Shown piece by piece: positions 13,191 to 26,900 of a stretch of DNA of 64,000 bases (position 1 is the stretch's first letter; each line of letters begins with the position of its first letter). Both the position numbers and the translations under genes were made by a program. Location: NCBI GenBank assembly GCA_964188305.1, contig OZ076885.1; one strand, 5' to 3'. The notes beneath the pieces are model-generated. The model was given only the letters and a program-made list of their open reading frames with translations, searched no databases and was not told the DNA's origin. The DNA comes from Podarcis bocagei. Its lineage: Eukaryota.

Positions 13191-15499
13191 CGCAGCTGGT
13201 TGTGTTGTGTTGTTTTGTTTTGTTTGTAGCCTGGTCATGTGCTACTTGGTCTATCTCATGTATTTTATAAGTGTCGGTGGCTTTGATTCAAAAGGCAGGA
13301 TGTGAATCTACTGAATAAATAAATAAATGAAATAGCCTAGCAAATATTCTTAGGTTCACTTACAATTTAAAAGTAATCTCCCTACCCCATCCTTTTCTAG
13401 TCTTCCTTAAGCATTGGGATACATATTTTACATTGTGAAACATTTTGGACAAGAATTATAGGGGAAAGATAATAATAAAATGCACGAGCCCCTCCCCTCC
13501 TGGTCTGTGCCCCTCTTACCCGCCCAGGTTTAGTCATATCATGTCCCAGCCGCTGTCTAAAAACAGTAGCTGGCAGAAAAGTAGCTGTTCCTCTGCCCTT
13601 CCTGTAATTTGAGCACCAGGCTCTTCTCTTAGGCTAAGCAAGCTAGGAAGCTGCCAGTCAAAGGATGAATTAATATGATGCTGATGGACATACACCTCAC
13701 TGAAGTGCAGTCAGTGTCATGCAGATCTCAGCATCTCTCCCACTGAACTAGTTCATGAGCCAGTTTTATAGAATACATGCCACGATGCAATGGAAATCAT
13801 TCTGTGCTGCGTGATGATATATGGAGGGTGGAGGGTTTTTGGTGTTTGTTAAAACAAGCTTGTGGCTTTAAGCCAATCCTTTAACTTAACATGGATGGCT
13901 CTTCAACAGCAGTTTAATCATCTTGCTTGTCAGGAAAGACAAACATTAATACTCCCAGTGCTTGCATCGTTGGCTCAGTTAGCCGATCTCTCACTTCCAT
14001 CATCCATATATTGCTTTCTCCCTCTCTGTTAAGACCAAAGTGGCTGCAAATGAAGCCTATGAAAAAAGGAAGAGTTTCAGTTCAACCATGTGTAAATTGC
14101 ATCCCAAAAAAATCACAGGAAACAATATGCTTGGAGGAAGAGGGCTGTTGCAAGTTTTTAATTAGGCATTTGGGAGAAATTACTTGGAAAAGAGATTAAG
14201 GTTCTGATCCTATCCACACCTAGCTGGCAATAAGTCCCATTGAACTAAATGGGGATTACTTCTGAGTAGGCATATATAGCATTGCACTGCATAGCACTTT
14301 TGTATGGCTTCATACGTGTGTGTTTTTTTAAGGATCACAGGTATTTGAGGAAGAGACATTCTTTGGAATTAGAAAAAAGTAGTAAGCATATTCTCAGAAA
14401 CCATATGAAAAAACAGAAACTGTTGGAGAAATGTCAGGCCTGTGACCTCCAAAATCAACACCACCCCCATCTCCCCTAAAACACACACACAATTTACCAC
14501 TTGACAACGAGGTGGCAAATTTCCACTGTGCTTTTTTGTTCTGTCCTATGTACCACAGGCCCATGGGCCTTGCTTCTACTTTTTGCTGCTATAGCCAAAT
14601 TAAAAATACTCGTATCGGGAGGGCCAGCTGCCAGCTCCCTATTGATGGCTAAGGAGATGGTATGTTCTTATGGGCAACATTCTGTGTGGCCTGAGCTGAG
14701 ATTCCCTAGAGATCTTCAAATAAATCCTTCCTAATTGCCCACAGTGATGGGGGCCAACCAGCATGCATGTTGTTGTTACTCTGGAGGATTCAGCAGGAAG
14801 CTGGGAGCAGCTGCCAGAGAAGCATTGTGAGAACTTCTCGCATTCCTGCACATGCCAGCACTTAAAATGAGCCATTTGTCTTTACAAACACGATAGCTGT
14901 TGGGAAGGAGAACAGAAAACTGATCTTGGGCAGATGCATTAAAACTGGATGGTTCCACTGGGATGCTGTGGAAATGTGGCACGGCTGTGGTTTTGTAGGC
15001 AGGTTCCAGCGAAAGTGATGTACAAGGCAGGGCTTGAAACACAGGGCTTTGGGGCAGATGCCTTTAATATATCAGGAACAGTATAATAGTAACTTATGTG
15101 CAGAACCAGCGGAAAATATATTGTTGCGGAACCTAGTAGTTTAAAATGATCAGCATTATCTACAAACAAGTCTGTGCATTTTTCTATATAATTCTATATT
15201 TTAACAGCACATATAAGCAAAATCACATAAAGCCAGAACAACCCCCAGAATGGGCCCACATGGCCATCCCTACCTGTCCAATGTCGGTGCTGAGAGGGCC
15301 TTGCCTTGCGCTGTGCAAGGTTTTTAAGCCCCTCGTCCTTCTCACTGGGCTCTGGGAAGGCTGCATGAGGGCTCTTGCAAGATTTCAGAAGGCCCTTCCA
15401 GGAGTTTTTACCTGTAAGATGCAAGTCACCTGTATAGTCTAGAAAACTGGTGTATTTGAGGCGATAGTCTGCTTTTTGGTTATGAATATAAGGCTGACT

Positions 15500-15852
15500 G
15501 TAAAGGTAAAGGGACCCCTGACCATTAGGTCCAGTCGTAGGACTCTGGGATTGTGGCGCTCATCTCACTTTATTGGCCGAGGGAGCCAGTGTACAGCTTC
15601 TGGGTCATGTGGCCAGCATGACTAAGCCGCTTCTGGCGAACAGAGCAGTGTACGGAAACGGCGTTTACCTTCCCGCCAGAGCGGGACCTATTTATCTACT
15701 TGCACTTTGACGTGCTTTCAAACTGCTAGGTTCCCTGCAGGAGCAGGGACCAAACAATGGGAGCTCACCCCATCGCAGGGATTCAAACCGCTGACCTTCT
15801 GATTGGCAAGTCCTAGGCTCTGTGATTTAACCCACAGCGCCACAGCAACCCA
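15500..15852 (-). mobile_element. Sauria (Squam1) SINE
   Basis: Same consensus as the other two copies. Confidence 0.9.
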
Positions 15853-16544
15853 CAGGCTGACTGTATTTTGTGGTAAAAAGAAAGGCAACTTTGTACTAAG
15901 AAATGCAGTTATGAACTCAAAACAAATGATTCAAAAATAGGCTTCATTTACATGTAGTTATTGCAGTATTTGGATTTTAATGTAATTTGGATTTCATTTT
16001 AATTTCTTTTACAAGGGCATGAAAGGAGAGGTGAACCATGGTGGGAGTTTGTAGTGGCATCCGATTGTCCCGTTCTTCAGCTTTCCTGATCAAGTATCTC
16101 AAGAAAACACTTGTGCTGGCCGGGTCTTCGATTTGGTTTCTGTACTCAAACCATGTCACTGTAAGACTATTTGAATATGAGGAAACAGTAGGTGATATAA
16201 TCATTCCTGGACCCCACAACCCAGTTTGTGGACTAGCTAAGTCAAAAAAAGACAACAAAGCCAGCATTTAAATATTTATTTATTTATTGGTTGGCCACAC
16301 TACAACAGAAGGTCTCCAGGTAGCTTGCAAGGTAAAAAGAAGAACGAGAATAATTCATACTTATAAATAAATAAGATACAGGAAATACTATTAATGCAAT
16401 ACTAATACAGGATCAAAAAGTTCACTTTCAAAACAGAGCAGAGGAAGACAACTCAGCAGCCATAGTCAAAGTGAACTCATTATGGGCATGATTTCAGGTG
16501 TGGTGATTTGGATATATGGGTAGCAAAAGTAAGACTTTTGTAGC

Positions 16545-16731
16545 CATACCCTCCAACACTTCTCTGATGAAAACAGGTACATTCCATTCTATATCTGTCA
16601 ACATTTCTCCAATGAAAATAGGGACGAACTAAGGAAAATCAGGAAATTCCGGGATCAAATCAGAAACCAACCAGGATGGCTTCTGTAAATCCTGGACTGT
16701 CCCTGGAAAAGAGGGACACTTGGAGGGTCTG
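16545..16731. mobile_element. Non-autonomous DNA transposon (MITE)
   Basis: Inverted ends ACCCTCCAA...TTGGAGGGT and internal GGGAC/GTCCC repeats. Confidence 0.6.
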
Positions 16732-17399
16732 TTTTGGGGGCTGTGCATCATAAGAAGCTATGTTTATTCCATGAGAAAATGGTATCCTTGCACCAAAAGT
16801 TTCAGGAACACCAGAACTCAAGTTTGTTAACGAGAGTTATAGTTAATGATAGAGCACCATCTTGTGGCTGTTCATAATTTTTGCAAAGCAATTTCTGCAT
16901 TTTTTGGATAAGAACAACTTGACATAAAATAACTGTGGTGACGTATTACATGCTTTTATTTAAACACTTATAGCAAGTAAACAACTTTAAACAGTTTCTT
17001 AGGGAAAGCATGACTGACACTTGATTAAATCTGTGCGTCATAATTAAGAGTCATCAAGTAATCTACAAAGACATGAGCATTTCTATAGCAGGCCAAGAAC
17101 AAGTTGTCATTCAGGCCCTGTTGGAGCCAGGCTTCTAGGGGCCAGTGATATCTGCCTACAAACCATCAGCAACTGATCGATGCAGATACAAGTACACACA
17201 CTGTGCTGTGTAGATTCCAGAGTTAACAGCTAACTTTGGGGAACTGGTAGTACTACTCTTGGGATCTTTACTGAAGACAGTTCACCCACACACACTGATA
17301 GGCTTGGCTTGGTCATGAACACCTTCCCTACTTTGGGGGAGGTTAGCACTGACCCATAAAAAACCACTGTGTAGCATGTTTACCCTAGAGAGGTAGCAA

Positions 17400-17431
17400 T
17401 GACAACACAGGGTATTGCAAATAAATTTATT
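17400..17431 (-). terminator. Candidate MUC13 polyadenylation signal
   Basis: AATAAA on the minus strand (tttatt 17426-17431) with downstream TGTGTTGTC. Confidence 0.45.
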
Positions 17432-17701
17432 TACAAAATAATTTTAAAAGGGGGGCGTTGTGCTTAAGCATGCTGCTGGAGATATATACCGAGTTAAAAG
17501 GATTAATGGTACATTACAGAGGTCACATCACCAACTTGTGTTACCTGGACCGTTCACCTAGTTTCTAAGGCAGAGATACAGGTAATATTTGTTGAAAACA
17601 ATACTAAAAAAATAATCCTTTAAAAAAGACAAGAAGAAACGAATCAGCCTTTCTCTGGACTGAGACTAGAGCTAGTGCCATTTAGGTGGCATGTCGATCC
17701 T

Positions 17702-17728
17702 TCAGAAGTGATTAACAGGATTCTTCTT
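17702..17728 (-). CDS. MUC13: Probable MUC13 terminal coding exon (KKNPVNHF*)
   Basis: Acceptor tacag, phase 0, TGA at 17702-17704. AATAAA at 17426-17431(-) followed by GU-rich sequence. The polypyrimidine tract is weak. Confidence 0.45.
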   Translation of the reverse strand, partial: KKNPVNHF

Positions 17729-18716
17729 CTGTATTGTGAGCACTCTAATTACTAAACAGCAGTGTCACAAAGTAATGCTCACATTCACAAACATCCGCAG
17801 TCTCTTATGGCTGAACTCAGAATCTGTCTCTTGATGACATTTCAAGCCAGGGATTCTATTAAACAATGTAAAAAAAAAAGAAAAGAAAGGAAAATAATTT
17901 AACAGGTATAGATGCAGTCACAAGAGTTCTGTTGCCTAGCCATATATATTACAAAACATGCTTGTTCTGTTTCCTTCCACTAGTCACACCTCTACCATTT
18001 CAAAGCTAAAAGTTAGTTCTGTGCTAACAAGCCACAAATACTTCATTAAGTATCACTTTTGTTGCTATAATTGTGTTATTAAGATTATCTCCCCTGTTAC
18101 CTGAACTGCAATGTTCAACACTAGTTATCCAAATTCACCAGGTGTCCCACAGCAAGAGCCAATATTAGAGGCAAGGCAAGGCAGGAATCTGTCCAGGGGA
18201 TCAGTGCTCTAAGGAAGCTGGGTGTTGACTTTCCCATTGGAGTTCAGTTCCCAGTTACAAATGCTGTCAACCATTCAAGGCTTCCAGAGCAAGAGCTGCT
18301 AACCCTCTGGCTTTTTTCTTTGACTCATTGCATGAAAAGCAAATGTCCAAGCAACCGTGGAAAAAGTGAGAAGATATTGTAGTTCTTGTAGCCATCACTC
18401 AGGTTCCAGCAATAGCTAAACAGCTCAAGGAGATGGGATATTGCAACTTGGCAAAAAGGGGAGATAGTTTCTAAGCAGTTTACAAAATAAACGGAATCAA
18501 TGGGCAAATATTTAGGGTGGGTAGGTGGGTGAGAGCACCCTTAATTCTTCTAGCTTTGGAAGTCTTCCCCTCCCCTATGTTGTGGCTTTGTTTTACCTAC
18601 TGATTGATTTATGGCAACTTATTTTACTCTATTGTATATTTTGTTGTAATAGGTTGTTTTCCGCTGCGGGGACTTTTGTGCTGAAAAATAGTACAGAAAG
18701 GAATTGTAGTAGCCAT

Positions 18717-18765
<49 letters not shown>
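18717..18765. repeat. (AAC)n microsatellite
   Basis: Read directly. Confidence 0.95.
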
Positions 18766-18767
<2 letters not shown>

Positions 18768-18838
18768 CCGGAACTGTGAAAGGCACAACAGTGCACTAGA
18801 AATGAGCAGCATGAATCTTTACTAAAGCAGCCACTTAC

Positions 18839-19085
18839 ATTGTCGTCGTCATAGTCCCGCTCAGGAACGTAAGCCTTGTTTGCTGCACCTGCTTCACGGA
18901 AATTGCCTCCTTGGTTAGCTGTGGTTGTGCTGGTTGCCTCTGCAGGATTTCCAGCTTGGACTCTTGGGAACATCCTCTGCTTTACAGCAGGGTTGCTGTA
19001 AGAGCCATTTCTAGGAGTTTCTCTTGTGGTTGAATAATCATTTTGTAGCAAGCTCGTTCTTTCAAGTGAAGGCTCTTTATTTCTT
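18839..19085 (-). CDS. MUC13: MUC13 exon 11, cytoplasmic tail
   Basis: RNKEPSLERTSLLQND...MFPRVQA...NKAYVPERDYDDDN, 247 nt, phase 2-0, GTAAGT donor. Confidence 0.87.
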
Positions 19086-22000
19086 CTAGGAAGGAAGGAA
19101 GGAAAAGATGAACACATCTTGGTCTTTTCCATACCCTGATTAGCCTTCCTGTATTCCCCAAAATATGGAAGTAAGAGCTAGACCATAAAAAAGGCTGATC
19201 GCCGAAGAATTGATGCTTTTGAATTATGGTGCTGGAGGAGACTCTTAAGAGTCCCGTGGACTGCAAGAAAATCAAACCTATCCATTCTGAAGGAAATCAG
19301 CCCTGAGTGCTCACTGGAAGGACAGATCCTGAAGCTGAGGTTCTAATACTTTGGCCACCTCATGAGAAGAGAAGACTCCCTGGAAAAGACCCTGATGTTG
19401 GGAAAGATGGAGGGCACAAGGAGAAGGGGACGACAGAGGACGAGATGGTTGGATAGTGTTCTCGAAGCTACCAGCATGAGTCTGACCAAACTGCGGGAGG
19501 CAGTGGAAGACAGGAGTGCCTGGCGTGCTCTGGTCCATGGGGTAACGAAGAGTCAGACACAACTAAACAACTAAACAACAACAAATTCCCAAAAATGCAA
19601 ATTGGACACTTTCCTGAAATGAGTGATAATGAATAATCACAAATAGTGCTGCCATGCAAAACAATGGCCAGGCAGGGTGCAGCTGATTGTATCAGTTTAA
19701 GATGATAAATGAGTATTTTTGGCAACGGCTGCTACTGGGGATACAGGAGTAGGCCTGTGCCCATCAGGAAACCCAAGTTGTTCTCTTATAGTATTTTGAT
19801 ACAAATGCAATAGGAGAAGTTAGACTAAAGTTACCAGATTTTTTTTAATGAATCCGGGGACACTTTTCAACTTCAATGGATTTTGTATGGGGACTGATTT
19901 GTAAATCCGGGGACTGTCCCCAGGAAACGGGGACATCTGGTAACCTTAAGTTAGACTCAAGTGGCCACCCAGTGTTATAAACTTTACCGTTACGCATATT
20001 CAGACAACTCAAAGAGCCGTCATTTGTACCTGATTACTTTGTAGATGAGCACTCCAATTAAAACTATAATAACAACTCCACATGCAACAGATACTCCTAC
20101 GAGGGCTGCCAGGTAAACTGAAAAGAGAATGATGATGATGATAATTTGTTATTTATATGCCACCCTTCTGACTGGGTTACCCCAGTCATTCTGGGCAGCT
20201 TCCAACAAATTAAAACACAATATGACATCAAACATAAAAACTTCCCTGAACAGGGCTGCCTTCGGAAGTCTTCTAAGAGTCAGATAGTTGTTTATTTTAT
20301 TTAATTGCACACATGACCCTCTTGTAATATATACATAACATGTTTTATAAGATGAAAACATTCAGCTATTCAGAACAAATCTGTCAACTTTCAGTTCTCT
20401 CAGGTTCTCATTTTTCCAATCTTAAATTCCGTTCTCCACATATTTCCAGAAATTTGTGTGGGATTTCAAAAATCTAATTATGAAAATTACTGGGCATTTT
20501 ACTGTAAAATTATCCTAATGAACAGGATTTTGTATGCAGTTTTGACCAATATACATATTTTTGCAAGCTATTTTCCTCAATATAGTGCATATTTGTATGT
20601 TATTTTCTCTAATATAGGCATTTATATGTACAGTTTACTCTAATGCATGTGTTATTGTACACATTACTAACCTGAAAAACATCACTGCAAAATTTGGAGA
20701 AGTGTGAATTTTGAAGGATAGCTGTGTTTCAGTTCACGTATTGTTTTGAAACATGCAAATTCAGTAAGTTTGCCTTTAAACACAAACTGAATTAAATTAA
20801 AGGTATATTTATCGCTGTGAATTCATTGTCCTAATTCTGTTACTATGAACTCTGCTCAACTTGCCGATAATGGCTCTGGGCTTTATATAAAAACCACCCC
20901 AAATTCATGCTTACCTTCTTTACAGTCTTCCCCAGAGTAGCCAAAAGCACACCTAAAAACAAAGAAAAGGTTACACAAAGTGACTACTGCACATGACATC
21001 CAAACTATATGGGGATTGTCCATATGGTGATAGTAACTACCAAGAAGGAATAGAACAGAGGGACTGAAACACTTGTCTTTCTGTAGCTCAAATTATCTTT
21101 TCTGGCCATCACAGCCTCAAGAGGCCACTGCCACTCTAATTAACCCCCCTCCAATTTTCTGTGCCCCCCATTTTTTTTCTTTCAGTAACAAATTGGGGGG
21201 AATGGAAAAATGGGGGGAGGGGTCCTCAGCACCTCCCCGTGCCTTCACATCTTTATCCTCCCTGTAGCAAAACATCAAAGCACTTAGAGCAGGAGTAGAG
21301 AATCATTTCCAGTTCAAAGGCTTCATCCCACATGCCAGTGGCAGGCAGAGCCAGAAGCAAAAAGTGGGAGGAGCAAGAGATGTTCTTTGGGGACAGGTAT
21401 GGCCTGGGCAGAATCCCGAGGGTCAGACAGAAAGACCTAAACAGCTGCATTTGGTCTGTGGGCCTGAGATTTCCCACTCCTGCTTTGGGAAAGGCCAGGG
21501 AGAAGCATCCCCTCTTACTTACTCCTGACATTTGTCACCCTCTTTTTGGAAACCAGACTGGCACCGACACTCTGGAACGTTTTCCGCTGTCATAATACAG
21601 TGTTGATTCTTTTCTGGAGAGCACTCAGTGGACTTGCAAACTGCATTGAAAGTGGAAAACGAGAGATAGTCAAATATAGCATTGTACCATACCAATGGAA
21701 GTCAAAAGTACTTGCTGCACAAACACAAAATATGTGGCAGGAAAATCACAGTGCAAAACATTTCCAGGTTAAGGGGGATGCAAACATTTATTTTATTTTT
21801 TCCTGGAAGCAAATGACAAGGAAAGGAGAGCTCAATTTCTGCTATACTCCACTGGAAATGAATATGTAGGGCGAAATTGGGAAGACGAAATAAACAGCTT
21901 TGTAAATTCAGCTATAAACCCCAGACATGAAGGGGGAAAGTAAGAGAAATGCTATGGGATAAAATATTCAGGGTGGGTGCAATTCAGGATGAATGCTCAA

Positions 22001-23937
22001 TAAATAGGTAGTCTGAAGGAGCCGAATGACGGCTGAAAGCAGAGATGAGAAGGGTGAGAAAAGAAAGCGCACACATCTGTGATAAGGCCTTACGTAAGCA
22101 AGCTTTGTCCTCAGGATTCATCTTGGCAAGACTTGGACGACATTCACAGGTAGGATGAGAATCACTGTTTGTGTCGCTGCATATCGTAGTTTTTCCATCA
22201 CAGCCGTAAACAGCACACTGTGATAGATCTAATACGGAGTGCAACAGCAGAGAGAGCAACATCACTTTAAGCAACAGTTATTTCTATATGTTAAGCACAA
22301 CTTAACAGCGGAGTCTTTCAAGGAAGGAAGCAATTAACAAGGGCAGCTGGCACATGTGTCTTCAGTCAGTAGCGGTTGGTGGTCGGTGTGGGGGGTGGAG
22401 TGGCATTGCTTACCTGGCTTCCTAATATCCTCACTATTTCCCCATCTCAGGAACTATCAGTGACACTCAGTGTTAGGATGCCCGGTGAGCAGTGCTGTCC
22501 TGTTGACTGCTACTGCCTACAGCTGTGGTGGGCAGAGCCTCTAGAGCTTATGTACACAGCACCTGCATGAATGTAAAGCAGCAAGCAGGGCGCTTTAAAC
22601 TTTGGTCACTAGCAATTAGTCTCCAGTATTTTCTGTGCTCTAGGGCACCAAGCAAGTTAGGCTGTATTTTGGAAAAGGGTACCCTCTGAGCTTCACTTGT
22701 CAAGCAAACTGGAATAAACCATTGGCTGCCGAGCCAGTTTATCAGCCTGAGTAACTTGTAGACAGTAGTCTGTCTTCTCTCCTGGCTGTGACCTCACATT
22801 TGCCTCTGGCTCTTGGATCCTCATCGATCTTATTTAGTGCCTGCCCTCTGGCACAGATGTGGCCATTTTGATTGCTTTTCTGACCATGTACCTGCATCTC
22901 ATCAGTGCCCCATGTGACCCTGTCTTGGAGCTAGCAAGGTCTGACAACACACCAATGTGTCAAAGACATTGTTCCAGTAGATGCCTTCATCCTGTTTACT
23001 GTTCTTTGGCCTGTCACTATGGTAATTATTTGTCCTCCAAACCTCAGGTAAAACATCTAACAATATACTGCTTTGGGGGTGAAAATATAGGAAAGATACT
23101 TAACTCTCAGATTAAGATTGAAACTTTCCGGTACAACTGAGAGCAGCAGGAGATTTTGTGTAAGATCTCACATACACACCCACTAAAAACTACTATTAAC
23201 ATAATAATAATTTAGACAGCAAAACAGGTTCTGTCACAGAAAGTCTTGGCTTGAGAACAGCATTGGCATGCTATTGGGAATTATAGAACAGCAGCAACTG
23301 GGGTTCTGGGGTGCAAAAACTTATCTATAGGGAGCAGCAGTATAATTCTGTAACTGTCAAAAACAGTACAATTACTTTATCCCAACCAACAGGAAGAACT
23401 TGGGGTTGGTTTTTATATATATATAGGCAGGAAATGAACTTAGTGCTATTGCTGTTTAATGTCCTCCCTAAGAGGTGGAAGAATTAAATTCACCTATCTC
23501 TGCTAGGCTGGACTTGATTGACTGGTCGCAGTTCATCTCAGCAATTAAAGTAATAGGTATCTACTACTGGGAAGAATGGGACTTTGGTCTCAAGAGGAAG
23601 GAGGAACGAGAGCATTCCATTCAGCAGAAGGAGCACTTTGGGGATAGGGATTTCTCTATAGACTACTTAGTAATAACACTGGTGTAGGATCATGTAAGGA
23701 TTCTGAAAATATAACGGTACTTACTCCGATCGAACTTGATGGCATTCGAACTATTAACCTTCTCCATCCATACTTGAGGTGTTACTTTTGTGTTTATATC
23801 AAACAAATTGATTAACGTAATGTTGACGTTGCTTGCGGCTTCGGCCTTACTCAGCCTTTTTGATGCTTGTGTAGATTTTCTGAAATGTATATACATACAT
23901 ATCTTAGAGATACGTTAGCAATATACTCTCTGTGTGT

Positions 23938-23984
<47 letters not shown>

Positions 23985-26900
23985 ATATATGGGTACCTTA
24001 TGCCCTTGGTCCACCCAAACACTATTGTAGACACCAGCTAAGTGACCTAACATATTATTCATTAGATGATGCCTTATGAGGGGCTACCCCACATTTTGTT
24101 CAAAAAATTGCTTTGCCCAGGTAAGTACCATAGAGTTATCAAAATTTTCAAAAGTAGAGAGTCGGTGGTTTGGCTTTTGAAAAACGGGGGTCCTCAGTAA
24201 TTAGCTAATTGGGAACCATTGCTCTAGAGTACTAGCAACCTTGATTCTTCCAAGTGTGGCTCCTTATGTAGCCAAAATGATGACACCATCCAAGCCCAAG
24301 AGGGAGGTATCTGCAGGATAGGGGAAACTCCCAAGATTTGCAAAAGTGGGGAAAAAAGGTGTTTAGAAAAAGAACCCTAATTGTGGGGCGGTGGAGAGTC
24401 TGGTGAAGACTGAGCATGCTTACTGGCCTCAAAATACTGGCTGACAGTCCGAGATAGAAAACCAGAAAACCCGGGGGGGGGGAGGGACAGAAAGGCATAT
24501 CCTTGAAAAGGGCATGAGCTGGAATCCTAACTAGGAACATTCTACACTGCAACATTTTGTTGAAGGCCCTACTGGCTATGTATATATTAAACTTGCCATA
24601 CTTACTTTATGCTTATAATGACTGTTTCCTGGTAACTTTTCTCATCTTTGAATATTTCACTGAACTGTAAAACATGAATAAAAATAAGGATCAGTTTAAA
24701 GGAGGCAGAAAACATAGAAAAACAGATGGGGGGGGGAATGACAAGTGCAAAACTGAATCCCAAAGCAGTAGCCCATGTACCCCTTCCAGTCCCCTATTTC
24801 TTAGAGGTCTCCCATGGACCAGAAGCACAACTTGTGAGTTGTGTCAGTAATGAGTCATGCCTCCAATGCAGTAGGCACAACTCTATGGAACCCCCTCTCA
24901 TTAGAAATCAGGCAGGCACAGTCCCTGCAAAGTTTCAGGTTATAATGGTTTTTATTTTATAAGGCATTTGGAACTCTGAACATTGTTTGAGTGTTTCTGT
25001 AGTCTGGTGTTTTGATCTAAGTTTTAAATTTTGTTGACAGTAGGTTTTATTTAGAACTTGCACACCAATCTCTTGAAGCAGAAGCACCTTGTGTTTTAAG
25101 TGCTCTTGAATGCTTAGTTTTTGGAACAAACAGTAGCTTAAAAGTTCCTCTTTCATGCTGCTTGGGCACCTCTAGGGTGCTGGAGGCAGGGAGCCTGCTA
25201 CAGAACGAGCGATGGGTCTTCAACCCCCTGCAGCCCGAGAACACTATACAGTGGTACCTCAGGTTAAGTACTTAATTCATTCTGGAGGTCCGTTCTTAAC
25301 CTGAAACTGTTCTTAACCTGAAGCACCACTTTAGCTAATGGGGCCTCCTGCTGCTGCTGCTGTGCCACAGGAGCACGATTTCTGTTCTCATCCTGAAGCA
25401 AAGTTCTTAACCTGAAGCACTATTTCTGGGTTAGCAGAGTCTGTAACCTGAAGCGTATGTAACCTGAAGTGTATGTAACCTGAGGTACCACTGTACTACT
25501 GCTTGCAGTAAACAACTACCAGGAAGGTAGCGTAGAGGCTCTACCCTAGCCAGCAAACCACTTCTTACAAGATGGCAACTGACACATTGCAAGCAAAGAC
25601 AAAACATTTACAGAGCTCACTTGTGTGGCGCTCTGAGTAGTTGAATATATATTTATGTCTTCAATCCCCTTACCCATTCTTCTACAGTGGTACCTCAGGT
25701 TACATACGCTTCAGGTTACATACACTTCAGGTTAAAGATTCCGCTAACCCAGAAATAGTGCTTCAGGTTAAGAACTTTGCTTCAAGATGAGAACAGAAAT
25801 CGGGCTCTGGCGGCGTGGCAGCAGCAGAAGGCCCCATTAGCTAAAGTGGTGCTTCAGGTTAAGAACAGTTTCAGGTTAAGTATGGACCTCCGGAACGAAT
25901 TAAGTACTTAACCTGAGGTACCACTGTACATGTTTCCCAAGGCAGTACTCTTTCATTTCCACTCTTGCCTCCATATTACAAATTAATTTTCAGATGTGAT
26001 GTACTAGATAGGAAGAAAACTGGGAATAAACTTCATTTGCATGTAACAACAAACCCTGCTTGACCATGGTTTTGCTCAATGCAAACTGAGTTGCTGAGTA
26101 ACTCCCAGATGTTATGTTAGCTCTAGAAACGGACCACCATTCAGCTTCATTCAGATGTACTCATATACTGATTTTAAATTATGTCATATTATTTATTTTA
26201 TTTGTATTGCTTCTTTTATTTCTTATATTGTGTTTTATTGTATTAGAGTTTGAATTCCATGGAATGTAAATGACAATGCAATACCATAAAAGAAGCAAGG
26301 AAACACTATTTAAAATCATACCGGATCTAACATAGTGCATTACAATTTGTACAACGTGCAACTCACAAGTGGTGCATCAAGAGAAAAGAGTTTTGTAATT
26401 GCTGCTCTGGAAGCACACACAGGTTTTAAATGATTAAAAAAATTCAGCAGAATGTATGTGCAAAAATAAAACTGATATTTACACATGTATCTGAACTGCC
26501 CATTGGATTAGTTTCCTCCCCTATTTATGTTCAGTGGTGTCTTGTATAAATTGATAGTGAGGTTTGCACCATTTCAGAACTTCATCACCTCTTCCAATCA
26601 AGTCAATCACCAAGTGAATAATCAAAGGGGGAGCTGGCTTGTGGGGCAGTGCAGTCTCTGCCATGGCCAGGAGAGGGATCAAGTGTTCCCAGGGCTTCCT
26701 TCTTTTGCATGGCCCAGAGAGATCTTGAGAAGGGGCAACAGGCTCTTTAAAAGGAATTGTGGGTCCTGACCTTGGCCGCCTTCTTTTCCTTTATTTTCTA
26801 GAACTTCATAACCACTTCCAATCAGTCTTGCCTTACAACCACTAGGTTTGATTGGGTACAAACTGGCCCTCAAATTTGAAGGCAATTCGAAGGAGTTTTT

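Noticed and set aside
15977-16267. 96-aa minus-strand ORF as a MUC13 tail extension
   Set aside because: Its frame is phase 1 at the 16158 acceptor, but the upstream MUC13 donor is phase 0, which gives an immediate TGA.
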